Assembly (NCBI GenBank): GCA_965205865.1
Contig: CBDBHR010000029.1
Coordinates: 224,001 to 288,000, forward strand
Length of the DNA: 64,000 bases
Source of the DNA: a bacterium
Lineage (GTDB): Bacteria; SAR324; NAC60-12
Direction: 5' to 3'
This document shows, one piece after another, positions 39,289 to 49,139 of this stretch (position 1 is the first letter of the stretch; each line of letters opens with the position of its first letter). The translations under genes were made by a program, and so were the position numbers. The notes below the pieces were generated by a model, which saw nothing but the letters and a program-made list of their open reading frames with translations, did not search any database and had not been told where the DNA came from.

Positions 39289-40512
39289 TCAGGAACTCGA
39301 GCAATGCTCGGCAAAGACGGCAACATGTTTTCGCGCCAATTGTTCGTCAGCAGGAATGCCCGTCACATTTTGCCGGCAACGTCCTTGCGAAAATACGGGA
39401 TAGAGGTGGGCATTGTAGATGTGTATCGCGGCATCGGATTTAGCAGGAGGATTGCGAAACATACCCGCATATTTGCTGGAATAAAGTGATTCGATAGCCG
39501 TGCTTTTAACAAGCTTGCGCCAGAGGGATTCTGCTTCATGCAAACGTTTCAGGGATTGATGGTGCTCAATCTCAATACGCGCAAAATCATAGACCATTGC
39601 TTTAGCAAAAGCGCGAGTAACCGGATTTTCAAATGCGGAACCGCGGGCACGGAGTATCATATTCAACAAATTGGTGACCTCTTGCTTTCGAGAACGCTCC
39701 GGGCAGAAATACAGCACCAATCCCCCGGGCCTCAATGCAAAGGTCACAAATGCTTTTGTAGGACTGATTGCCAGGACAAAGGGGACACCTGCTTCTAAGA
39801 AGGGTCGAATTTGAAGCTGATAGCTTTTGCTCATGATCTGGTCGAATGAATGGGTTTTGTACAGATGAGCAAATTCAAAGCCGGGATAGGCACGGTCGAG
39901 TACCACAGTGAGGTTTTTATCTGCAGCAGAGTTGACCCGCGCCCGGATCACGTCCGCTCCCCGCACACGTCCTGTTGTATTCATGGGACCTGCCTGGTAA
40001 ATCGGAAGGACTTTCTCTCCATCGCATACTGAGTCTTCATCAAACTCTTCGCATACTAAACGGGTTACCTTGGCAATGGCTTTGTATGCGGGCCATCCAT
40101 AGGCTTCGATACCAATTGTTTTGAGCTGAGGGTCGAGTTGTAATGATAACTCAATAGCGGTCTTTACTGCGCCAGTCCCCGCATCTGACGGCAAGGCCAG
40201 GATAAACTGATCCCAATACTGCCGGGGAATGCGTTGCCATTGCAACACGGCCGCTTTCATCTCACTGAGAATATTGGCGGAATTCATGTATTTGCCCTGG
40301 TGACTGGCTTGTAATTCTTGGGAAACATATTCCTGTAATAGTGAGGAACTGCCCAGAGCCTGCCCCTTTTTGTCGAGGAGGATACCAATCCCATAATTAT
40401 GTCCCTGAAGATCTTGATCGCATAATATTTTTGCAATTTGATTGGCGTCTTTTGCCTCTGTCGCAAGTTGCCGGGACTCTTCGTAAACTGATTTTCCGAA
40501 TTCAAGGTCCAT
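39289..40512 (-). CDS. Divergent PLP-dependent class I/II aminotransferase
   Basis: NYGIG, AGTGA, GWPAY, PMNTTG, LDRAYPGF (DxAY), SPTKAF...RPG. Confidence 0.72.
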   Translation of the reverse strand: MDLEFGKSVYEESRQLATEAKDANQIAKILCDQDLQGHNYGIGILLDKKGQALGSSSLLQEYVSQELQASHQGKYMNSANILSEMKAAVLQWQRIPRQYWDQFILALPSDAGTGAVKTAIELSLQLDPQLKTIGIEAYGWPAYKAIAKVTRLVCEEFDEDSVCDGEKVLPIYQAGPMNTTGRVRGADVIRARVNSAADKNLTVVLDRAYPGFEFAHLYKTHSFDQIMSKSYQLQIRPFLEAGVPFVLAISPTKAFVTFALRPGGLVLYFCPERSRKQEVTNLLNMILRARGSAFENPVTRAFAKAMVYDFARIEIEHHQSLKRLHEAESLWRKLVKSTAIESLYSSKYAGMFRNPPAKSDAAIHIYNAHLYPVFSQGRCRQNVTGIPADEQLARKHVAVFAEHCSSS

Positions 40513-40757
40513 TGATTGTCCTTCCAATCACATGATTTTTTTGAAGCCCAAGTGGTACGCTGTTCACTCATTTTACAAAAAAAATATATGTCCCCTTTTG
40601 ATTGTCAAGGAAAGAAACAGGTTTGATTGAATGTATGAAATTTCAAAAAATTCTCAAACAAAATTGAGGAAACATCTGGCATTAAATGAATAATTTTAGT
40701 AACGTGATCGAATGAGGAGGGATTTTCCCCACAGTTCCCAGAGAAAAAGTAATCACT

Positions 40758-40994
40758 GTGGAAGAACTTTGGCTTTTCTTACAAGGATGTGGAGAGATGT
40801 GGCGTAGATTGGACCAGCAGGAAGAAGTGGTACCAGTGAAGCCGGGAGTATGCATTTCCATTCCAGTAAAAACTCATTTTCAATTTCGATCCTTGGGTAA
40901 TGAGCCATTGACGGCAGTGGCGGTTACCATACCGCCCTGGCCAGGAGATGACGAAGCGTTCGTGGTAGCAGGCAAGTGGGAGTCCGTGTTGTAA
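40758..40994 (+). pseudogene. Cupin-domain protein, apparently 5'-truncated
   Basis: EELWLFLQGCGEMW, IPVKTHFQFR, PPWPGDDEA; the first cupin strands appear absent. Confidence 0.6.
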
Positions 40995-41026
40995 GATGTT
41001 CTGGTGGCCCGTGATTTTCTAATTTT

Positions 41027-41100
41027 GTCATTTCTGGCTTGACCGGAAATCGAGGGGCATACCTCGTTTCATGATTCCCGGATCAAGTCCGCAATTACAA
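41027..41100. repeat. Degenerate GTCAT...CTTGACC/GATCAAGTCC REP-like element
   Basis: Same family as 19915 and 54069. Confidence 0.6.
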
Positions 41101-41150
41101 ATCATGGAGATTGTAAAATATTCAATAAAATATCCATTTAATCGGAAGTC

Positions 41151-42821
41151 ATGAAAAGCGATCTGGAAATTGCGCAAAAAGCAAACATCAAACCCATTGG
41201 AGACATTGCGGCAAAACTGAATATCCCAGACGAAGCCTTGATTCCCTTTGGCCATAGCAAAGCCAAGGTCAGTTTGGATTATGCCAAGAGACTTCAAGAT
41301 CACCCTGATGGTAGATTGATCCTGATGACAGCCATCACGCCAACCCCTGCAGGCGAAGGAAAAACAACCACCTCCATCGGTTTGACCGATGGGCTCAACA
41401 AGATCGGAAAAAAAGCTGTCGTTTGCTTACGAGAACCTTCCCTCGGCCCGTGCTTTGGCGTGAAAGGAGGGGCGGCGGGAGGCGGATTCGCCCAAGTGAT
41501 TCCCATGGAAGATATCAATTTGCATTTCACTGGGGACATACATGCTATCGGTGTCGCGCACAATTTGTTATCAGCCTTGATTGATAACCATATCCATTGG
41601 GGCAATGCGGCAGGTATCGATCCCCGAAGGGTTGCATGGCCACGTGTCTTGGATATGAACGACCGCGCGCTTCGCCACATCACCGTAGCATTGGGGGGGG
41701 TGGCCAATGGTTTCCCTCGTGAAGATGGTTTTGACATCACAGTTGCCTCGGAAGTAATGGCGATTTTTTGCCTGGCAAATGATTTAACTGATTTACAAAA
41801 CCGATTGAGTAAAATCGTGATTGGCCAAAAAAGTAACGGAGAACCTGTAAGCTCTGAAACCATTAAAGCGTCCGGTCCCATGACGGTACTACTAAAAGAC
41901 GCGATTTCGCCAAACCTGGTGCAAACCCTGGAACATAATCCGGCCTTTATTCACGGCGGCCCCTTCGCCAATATTGCTCATGGTTGCAACTCGGTGATCG
42001 CAACCAAAACTGCGCTTAAATTAGCAGACTACGTGGTAACCGAAGCTGGATTCGGCGCGGATCTCGGAGCAGAAAAATTCTTCAACATAAAGTGTCGTAG
42101 CGCAAATCTTGTCCCAGACGTCGCAGTCATCGTGGCGACTGTACGCGCTTTGAAAATGCACGGGGGGATTGGCAAAGATGGTCTTGGAAAAGAAAATGTC
42201 AAAGCCGTGAAAGATGGTTGCGTGAATCTGCGCAGGCATATCGAGAATGTTCGATCATTTGGCGTTCCTGTGGTAGTTGCTATCAATCGTTTCGATGCGG
42301 ATACCGAGGCCGAAATGACTGTTGTACGTGAAATAGCAGCCAGTTACGATGTCAGGGCCATCAACGTCACTCATTGGGCAGACGGGAGCGAAGGCGCGGT
42401 CAAATTAGCGAAAATCGTGGCTGCGGAAGCCGATAGAGGGGCTGGTCGGTTTACTTTGCCATATCCGAATGAGATGCCAATCTGGGAAAAAATCGAAACA
42501 ATCGCCACCCGGATTTACCATGCGGAAGGGATTTCTGCCGATCAAAAAACCATCAATCAAATTAAAAATCTTCAAGATAGCGGCTTTGGCAACCTTCCCG
42601 TTTGTATTGCCAAAACACAATTCAGTTTCTCTACCAATCCCAATCAAAAAGGCGCTCCAACCGGATTCACGCTGCCAGTGCGGGAAATTCGACTTTCTGC
42701 GGGAGCAGGTTTCATTGTTGTGATTTGCGGAGATATCATGACGATGCCCGGGCTTCCCAGAATACCGGCTGCCAATCACATCATGATGAATGAAAAAGGA
42801 GAGGTTGAAGGATTATTTTGA
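41151..42821 (+). CDS. fhs: Formate--tetrahydrofolate ligase
   Basis: [58 protein letters not shown]. Confidence 0.97.
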   Translation: MKSDLEIAQKANIKPIGDIAAKLNIPDEALIPFGHSKAKVSLDYAKRLQDHPDGRLILMTAITPTPAGEGKTTTSIGLTDGLNKIGKKAVVCLREPSLGPCFGVKGGAAGGGFAQVIPMEDINLHFTGDIHAIGVAHNLLSALIDNHIHWGNAAGIDPRRVAWPRVLDMNDRALRHITVALGGVANGFPREDGFDITVASEVMAIFCLANDLTDLQNRLSKIVIGQKSNGEPVSSETIKASGPMTVLLKDAISPNLVQTLEHNPAFIHGGPFANIAHGCNSVIATKTALKLADYVVTEAGFGADLGAEKFFNIKCRSANLVPDVAVIVATVRALKMHGGIGKDGLGKENVKAVKDGCVNLRRHIENVRSFGVPVVVAINRFDADTEAEMTVVREIAASYDVRAINVTHWADGSEGAVKLAKIVAAEADRGAGRFTLPYPNEMPIWEKIETIATRIYHAEGISADQKTINQIKNLQDSGFGNLPVCIAKTQFSFSTNPNQKGAPTGFTLPVREIRLSAGAGFIVVICGDIMTMPGLPRIPAANHIMMNEKGEVEGLF

Positions 42822-43354
42822 TAAATTTCGAACAAGGATTGCTTCTCCGTCTTTGCGCTTTATTCGGACTCCTTTGATTATGATACTCTCTTTGGTTCAA
42901 CAACGAGCTCGAACTGCAGGTGTTTACTGATTCTTAGAGGTTTTTTATGCATATTTTATTGGTATGAGCAGTGTTTGAAAGAAAATCTTTTCATTTTTAA
43001 AAATTAGGCTATAAGTGTATTCATTTAAAATGAGGGTCATATGTTAGACACTCAAAAATTGGTAAAGGGGCCGAGTGGTCCTCTAACCTGAACGGGACGC
43101 CCAGACTACTGTCAAATAAGTTGTTTGAATTACTGAAGCAACCCCATTTTATCAAGGGGGTACGGGTATTCGGTCAAACACTATGAAATTGCGCAAGTAA
43201 AAAATGTGGGGGTCCCGACGAATTTATTTTGATATTTTCGAGAAAGTCATCTATGAATATATCAGAATATCAAAGAAGCCGCCGAATAATAAATGAAAAA
43301 TGGTTATTCCGCAGCATCCTATTTTGCAAAACAATTTGAAGAGGCGAGTTTGTT

Positions 43355-43615
43355 ATGAATATTTATATAGGCAATTTACCTTATACGATCACTGAAGATG
43401 AATTAAAAGAATCTTTTAATTCATTTGGAGAAGTCTCCAGCGTAAACATCATCACCGATCGATTTTCCGGGCAGTCGAAAGGTTTTGGCTTTGTTGAAAT
43501 GCCCGAGGATTCGGAGGCTGAAGCTGCCATCAAGGCACTGGATGGGCAGGAGATTAAAGGACGTAACCTGAAAATCAACCAAGCCAGACCCCGCCGTGAA
43601 AATCAGCATCGATAA
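43355..43615 (+). CDS. RRM-domain RNA-binding protein
   Basis: RNP2 IYIGNL and RNP1 KGFGFVEM. Confidence 0.95.
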   Translation: MNIYIGNLPYTITEDELKESFNSFGEVSSVNIITDRFSGQSKGFGFVEMPEDSEAEAAIKALDGQEIKGRNLKINQARPRRENQHR

Positions 43616-43711
43616 CCCACTTTTTGATATCTGACCCGAATGGCACTAAGATAAGAAATAATCGTAATGATTACAAAAGTTTAATCATAACGTTGATTAG
43701 AGGTAGAATCT

Positions 43712-43783
43712 GGTAGGGCCGGGTTAACCCCCGGCCGCTGCAAACCGCGCATTTCTTGGCCGGGACGTAACCCAGCTCTACCG
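43712..43783. repeat. GTAG-type REP pair
   Basis: GGTAGGGCCGGGTTAACCCCCGGCC...GGCCGGGACGTAACCCAGCTCTACC; same family as 2089-2177. Confidence 0.7.
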
Positions 43784-43948
43784 TTCTATTAATTCACTGT
43801 TATTATTGATGTTTTCCCTTATCTTAGTGCCATTCATATCTGACCCTGTTTCCTTCCGTTTCTGACCAGCGACAAAAGCGGATACTCTGGTAAATTCAAT
43901 ATGCCGGACGACGGCATATTGGGATCGTAAAGGGAATGTTTCAAATTG

Positions 43949-44392
43949 ATGAAGAGAAAAATGACGTGCAATTTTTTTGCATATGGGACTTTGATGTGTG
44001 AAGACATTCTTTCCGCAGTAATCGGATCTTGCTTGGCCGGTGCGAAAGGAAAACTGAAAGGTTACCGGAGAAAAACAATCAAGGGGGAAATTTTTCCCGG
44101 TATTGTTGCCAGTCCCGGAGAGGTGATCGAGGGGCGGATATATAAAAATTTGTCCGCGGTCGCATGGAAGCGGCTTGATTTGTTCGAAGGGCATCGCTAT
44201 CGCCGGGACTTCGTGGAAGTGGAGCTCTCGAGAGGAAGCGCCGAGCCGTCACAAACTTATGCGCTCAAACCAGAGTTTGCCGACCGGCTCAGTAACGAAG
44301 ATTGGAGTTTTGAAGAGTTTTTAAAATACAATAAGAAAAATTTTGAAGCAAAATACATTGGATTTGAAATACTCCATCAAACAAAAGTATGA
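43949..44392 (+). CDS. Gamma-glutamylcyclotransferase (AIG2-like) family protein
   Basis: FAYGTLM, LKGYRR, FPGI, LDLFEG..Y.R. Start may be 43961. Confidence 0.88.
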   Translation: MKRKMTCNFFAYGTLMCEDILSAVIGSCLAGAKGKLKGYRRKTIKGEIFPGIVASPGEVIEGRIYKNLSAVAWKRLDLFEGHRYRRDFVEVELSRGSAEPSQTYALKPEFADRLSNEDWSFEEFLKYNKKNFEAKYIGFEILHQTKV

Positions 44393-44405
44393 ACCGAGTT
44401 GATAT

Positions 44406-44430
44406 CGTCCCTCCGGAAATCGGAGGGGCG
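44406..44430. terminator. Hairpin between convergent genes, possible bidirectional terminator
   Basis: CGTCCCTCCG-GAAAT-CGGAGGGGCG; no strong U-tract. Confidence 0.45.
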
Positions 44431-44437
44431 GAACTCA

Positions 44438-45451
44438 TCACTCGTCTTCTGCCAGTTTAACGATCATTTTGCCGAAATTTTCCCCCTTGAATAGTCCAAG
44501 GAATGCATCTGGCGCCTGCTCCAGACCTTGCACCACCGTCTCCTTCCATTTTAGTTTTTCCTTTGAAATCCATTCCCCCATCTCTTTGAGAAATTGGGGG
44601 TACATGTCCCAGTAGGAAGAGACAATAAATCCTTGAATACGCAGTTGTCTTCCAATTGCCACGGCCAGATTCGGAGGTCCGGGGATGGGTTCATTGTACA
44701 TGGCAATCATGCCACACAAAGCAATTCGACCAAAAAGATTCATCAAATTCAAAGCTGCCACCAAATGGTCACCACCGACATTTTCAAAATAGACATCGAT
44801 GCCATCCGGACAGGCATCCGCAATCGCAGATTCCAGATCGTCCACGGACTTATAATTGATCGCCACATCCACGCCTGCTTCCTTTTCGAGCCAGGCTGCT
44901 TTTTCATGCGAGCCGGCACTTCCTACAACTCGACATCCCAGATTTTTTCCAATTTGACAAGCAACCGCACCCACAGCCCCGGAAGCTGCTGAGACTAAGA
45001 GGGTTTCTCCGGATTGAAGCTTTGCAATTTTCTTTAATCCGACATATGCGGTCATGCCAGGCATGCCCAGGGTTCCAAGAAAAGCAGACAGCGGTCCCAA
45101 AGAAGGATCGATTTTGGAGACTCCTGCTGCCGGACCCACCGAATGATCCCGCCATCCCAAATGAGTATTGACATAGTCTCCAACGGCAAAATCCGGAGAC
45201 TGGGACGCAATCACTTTACCAACTGCGCCACCGGTCATTGCTTCTCCAATTTTAAATGAGTCCGCATAACTCTTGGCATCTCGCATACGTCCTCGCATGT
45301 AGGGATCGACGGACATGTATAGATTTTTAACCAAGATCTCTCCAGGCTGAGGAACTGGAACCATAGTCTCCACCAATTCAAAATTTTCTGCAGAGGGTAA
45401 CTTTTCCGGTCGGCTCCTCAAACGAATTTCACGACTGTTGATTGTTGACAT
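44438..45451 (-). CDS. NADP-dependent oxidoreductase (CurA/prostaglandin reductase family, MDR)
   Basis: SVDPYMRGRM, LGMPGMTAY, SAASGAVG, YFENVGG, GENFGK. Confidence 0.93.
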   Translation of the reverse strand: MSTINSREIRLRSRPEKLPSAENFELVETMVPVPQPGEILVKNLYMSVDPYMRGRMRDAKSYADSFKIGEAMTGGAVGKVIASQSPDFAVGDYVNTHLGWRDHSVGPAAGVSKIDPSLGPLSAFLGTLGMPGMTAYVGLKKIAKLQSGETLLVSAASGAVGAVACQIGKNLGCRVVGSAGSHEKAAWLEKEAGVDVAINYKSVDDLESAIADACPDGIDVYFENVGGDHLVAALNLMNLFGRIALCGMIAMYNEPIPGPPNLAVAIGRQLRIQGFIVSSYWDMYPQFLKEMGEWISKEKLKWKETVVQGLEQAPDAFLGLFKGENFGKMIVKLAEDE

Positions 45452-45748
45452 TTTAATCTCCTTTATAGAATGGGTAGCCCTTTTGCGAAGGCCCTGAATG
45501 TGAACAAATTGAATGCAACTCTTATATCAAATTGAATTTTTTCTGCAAGGGGAAAAGGGCGCTGGTCATTGACCGGTTTTTATCTATGATGGCAAAATCC
45601 TGGTAGATTTCATTATCCCATTCAGTATCCTATCCATCTGACGATATTTCAAAACGTGTCTAAAATATGACTTTCGCTCCCAGAATAGCAAAGGCATCCT
45701 TCCAGCACAATATAATATTTAGAGGATGTCAATAGATTTTTTTACTCA

Positions 45749-46041
45749 TCTTAACTCCTCAGTGGCGAGTGCTTGTCTCATCCTGGACTTGATCCTCGCT
45801 CTTCTCTATGTCAGTCCTTGAAAATACTGTGCAATCCTGCCCTTCTCGTCACGAAAAGCATGGGATTCAGAGCAAATCATTTCAAGGAGTGATGAGCACT
45901 CGGCACGCGTGAGATCTGAAAATAATCTGCATTAATTGTCAGTCAATCAATCCAATTATTGGAATAATTTTTGTGGTAAGTCAGGAATCTTCAGGATGTT
46001 TTTAAGTCCTTTTAGTAAATCCCTCCACTCTTGTTGATGTT
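45749..46041. repeat. 293-bp direct repeat, copy A (includes transposase 3' end); weaker similarity extends back to 45673
   Basis: Ungapped match to 51774-52066 (offset 6025) with few mismatches. Confidence 0.93.
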
Positions 46042-46349
46042 TTTGCATTATTATCTTGAAAATATCCTTTTTAGGATAAAAAGTGAAAAATGACCTGGAA
46101 TGGGGCATAAAATCACTTTTAATGAAAAAATACCCTCGAAAAATATTAGAAAAATTCTCACTCACACTGCCAACATCAAAAACTTTGAAATTCCTAAACG
46201 TTAAAAGTTTATCGCACATATCAGGATTTCCCGACTTGCAAATGCGAGGGCATAAAGGGGATTGTGCATGGATTTATGGAAATGGAATGTTCGAGGGCCA
46301 AAAACTGGGGAATGAATTCAGGCGGTTTTTGAGAGCTTAGACCAGACTA

Positions 46350-47201
46350 TTATGCGGGGTTCCGCCTCTCAAGGATGTTCTGCATGCGCTTTCGTATGGC
46401 GTCGTCGAATAGGGAGTCCTGCAAGATGTAGAAGCGCCCTTCGCGAATGCCCTGTAGTGTGATGTCGGCGACCTCGCTGGGTGGAGTACCGTCTTTGAAT
46501 TTCTGCTCAAGCCCCTCTCGCTCCGCTTCCGTCATTTCAGGCTCGCACTCGTTCTGTAGCTCTACCGGTCGATTCCTGGCCGAATCAACTATGGCGGTGT
46601 CGACAATGCTCGGGCACAGTACGGAAACCCCTACCTTCAACTCGTCGCGTCGTAGCTGCCGATACAGAGACTCGGATGTGGCCACGACGGCGTGTTTGCT
46701 GATGCCATAGAGTCGATTAGATGTGAACAGACCTGAGACAGAGGCGGTGTTGACGATGTGCACCTCTTCACCCTGCTCGATCATGACGGGCAAGAAGCTC
46801 AGAATACCGTGCACTACTCCCCAGAAGTTGACGCCAAGTACCCAGTCCCAATCTTTGGACGTCGCTCGTACGATGTCGCGCTGATCACCTACTCCTGCAT
46901 TGTTGCAGAGTATGTGTACCCCACCGTAGGCCTCCAAAGTCCGTTTCGCAAGATCGTTGACAGATTCGGCTTTGGAAACGTCGGTCAGTACACCGATGAC
47001 ATCATGTCCCTCATCCTTAAGCTCCTGTACCGACGCTTTCAGAGGGGCTTCTTCTACATCTGCCAGGACAACCTTCATGCCCTCATGAGCGAATCGGGTG
47101 GCTAGAGCACGCCCGATACCGCTGGCAGCCCCAGTTACCACCGCGACCTTGCCTTGAAATTCTCGTCTCTCTTTTCTCTCTCCTTTGCTCTTCCCATTCA
47201 T
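46350..47201 (-). CDS. Short-chain dehydrogenase/reductase
   Basis: TGAASGIG, NNAG, NTAS, YGISK. Confidence 0.93.
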   Translation of the reverse strand: MNGKSKGERKERREFQGKVAVVTGAASGIGRALATRFAHEGMKVVLADVEEAPLKASVQELKDEGHDVIGVLTDVSKAESVNDLAKRTLEAYGGVHILCNNAGVGDQRDIVRATSKDWDWVLGVNFWGVVHGILSFLPVMIEQGEEVHIVNTASVSGLFTSNRLYGISKHAVVATSESLYRQLRRDELKVGVSVLCPSIVDTAIVDSARNRPVELQNECEPEMTEAEREGLEQKFKDGTPPSEVADITLQGIREGRFYILQDSLFDDAIRKRMQNILERRNPA

Positions 47202-47230
47202 GGCATTTTTTCAAACCGAAGTGAACCGCT

Positions 47231-48133
47231 TCACCGATCACTACCCCTGAGCCTCGGGTCCAGCAGGTCCCTCATGGCGTCGCCGAACATGTTTAGACTG
47301 TAAATGACAATCGTCAGGCAAAGACCCGGCCAGAGAGCCAGGTGTGGCGCCATCTCCATGTACTGACGCCCTTCCTTGCTGAGCAGACCACCCCACTCAG
47401 GAATCCCGAGAGGCAGACCGTATCCGAGGAAGCTCAGAGCAGCGGCAGCCAGGATGTTGCCTCCTATGTTTACCGAGAAGATGATGATGACGACAGCGGC
47501 AATATTGGGGAGGACATGGCGGATAAATGTTCTCCATTTTGAGCAGCCAATCGCCTGCGCCGCCAGAAAGTAGTCATTCTCTTTAATGGCGATCACGGCG
47601 CCTCGGGGGACTCTGGAGCCGCCGATGCCTCCGGCGATCCCCAGGACCAGGATGATCTGTGGCACACCCCGCCCCACGAGGGACATGATGGTTAACAACA
47701 GCAGCAGTGCCGGGAAAGCCATCCAGGCATCGACAAAGCGCTGCACCACCAGGTCCACTTTCCCGCCAAGGAATCCTGAAATGCCGCCGATCAGGACAGC
47801 GACCAAAACATTCAATGTGGTCGCGGCCAGACCGACCGTTAACGAAATACGAGCCCCGTAGATCAGGCGGCTCAAGAAGTCTCGCCCCAAGTGGTCGGTA
47901 CCGAGGAGATACTGGGCTGATGAGCCAGTCAGCCTGTCTTCCAGGTGTGGTTCATCATAGGGATAAGGCGCCAAAACATCGGCAAAGATACTGACAAAAA
48001 TCAAGAGCAATGTGATCATCCCGCAGATCGTACCGAGGGGCTTCTCCTTGACCAGCCTGGTAAAGAAATCAGCCAGCCGGGTACGTCTCTTGGGCTCACT
48101 TACTGCTGATGGTATCTCTGTGGCATCACTCAT
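47231..48133 (-). CDS. Peptide/nickel ABC transporter permease (DppC/OppC-like)
   Basis: LLGTDHLGRD, HVLPN, ALSFLGYG, GDAMRDLLDPR. Confidence 0.93.
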   Translation of the reverse strand: MSDATEIPSAVSEPKRRTRLADFFTRLVKEKPLGTICGMITLLLIFVSIFADVLAPYPYDEPHLEDRLTGSSAQYLLGTDHLGRDFLSRLIYGARISLTVGLAATTLNVLVAVLIGGISGFLGGKVDLVVQRFVDAWMAFPALLLLLTIMSLVGRGVPQIILVLGIAGGIGGSRVPRGAVIAIKENDYFLAAQAIGCSKWRTFIRHVLPNIAAVVIIIFSVNIGGNILAAAALSFLGYGLPLGIPEWGGLLSKEGRQYMEMAPHLALWPGLCLTIVIYSLNMFGDAMRDLLDPRLRGSDR

Positions 48134-48148
48134 ACTCGTTTTTCCCCT

Positions 48149-49111
48149 TTATCGATAACGGACCCTGGGGTCTAAATAAGGATAAATCAGGTCAATCATG
48201 AGATTGCCCGCGATAACCGCGGTGGCGAAAAACAGGTTGACTCCGGAGACCACCGGGTAGTCTCTCTCTTCGAGTGCCGTCACCATGAGACGACCCAGCC
48301 CCGGCAGGTTAAAGATGTTCTCGATGATAACGGAGCCACCTACCAGGATCGGCAACTGCAGGCCTATTAGGGTAACTACCGGGATGAGCGCATTCTTGAT
48401 AGCGTGTCTCAGAACGACGACCTTCTCATTGAGACCCTTGGCCCAAGCCGTCCGGATATAGTCTTGCCGGAGCACCTCCAGCATCATGGTGCGCGTCATC
48501 CGCATGGTGGTTGCAGCCAGGGCCGTCCCCAGAATCAGGCTGGGAATGAGGAACACCCCGAGATTGCCCAGCGGGTCTTCGGAGAAAGGAATCCACTCCA
48601 TCGGTGGCGACCAACCCCACCAGATTGCCGGGTAGATCATGACCATCACTCCCAGCCAGAAGTTAGGCGTGGCCAGGCCGAGGATGGCGATGGTGCGCCC
48701 CGTGTAGTCGGCGGCCGTATCCTGGCGAATCGCCGAGTAGATGCCGACGGGCAGCGCGATCAAGAGCCCGATGACGATTGCCAGGACACCCAGCTCAAGG
48801 GTCACTGGCAATCTCCCGATGATCTTCTCCTCTATCGAAACAGTGCCGCCATGCAGTGATTCGCCAAGGGTGCCGTGCAGTAAAATATCTCCTATCCAGC
48901 GTCCATACTGCACGTAGAGCGGCACGTCTAATCCCAGCATACGCTCCAGAGCTTCACGGTCAACCCCCCCCTCAACATAGTGAATCATCCTCGCCACCAT
49001 GACGTCTATGACATCGCCGGGGATGAAGCGGACGGAGAGAAATACCAGGAGGCTCAAGATAAACAAGGTGGGAATGATCAGCAATAACCGCCTGATGATA
49101 TAGACTCTCAT
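48149..49111 (-). CDS. Peptide/nickel ABC transporter permease (DppB/OppB-like)
   Basis: EAA loop QDYIRTAWAKGL, YPYLDPRVRY. Confidence 0.93.
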   Translation of the reverse strand: MRVYIIRRLLLIIPTLFILSLLVFLSVRFIPGDVIDVMVARMIHYVEGGVDREALERMLGLDVPLYVQYGRWIGDILLHGTLGESLHGGTVSIEEKIIGRLPVTLELGVLAIVIGLLIALPVGIYSAIRQDTAADYTGRTIAILGLATPNFWLGVMVMIYPAIWWGWSPPMEWIPFSEDPLGNLGVFLIPSLILGTALAATTMRMTRTMMLEVLRQDYIRTAWAKGLNEKVVVLRHAIKNALIPVVTLIGLQLPILVGGSVIIENIFNLPGLGRLMVTALEERDYPVVSGVNLFFATAVIAGNLMIDLIYPYLDPRVRYR

Positions 49112-49139
49112 GCCACACCCCTCCTCCTTCGTTGGAATC

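Noticed and set aside
46083-46340. 85-aa ORF
   Set aside because: No recognisable motif; AT-rich junction DNA.
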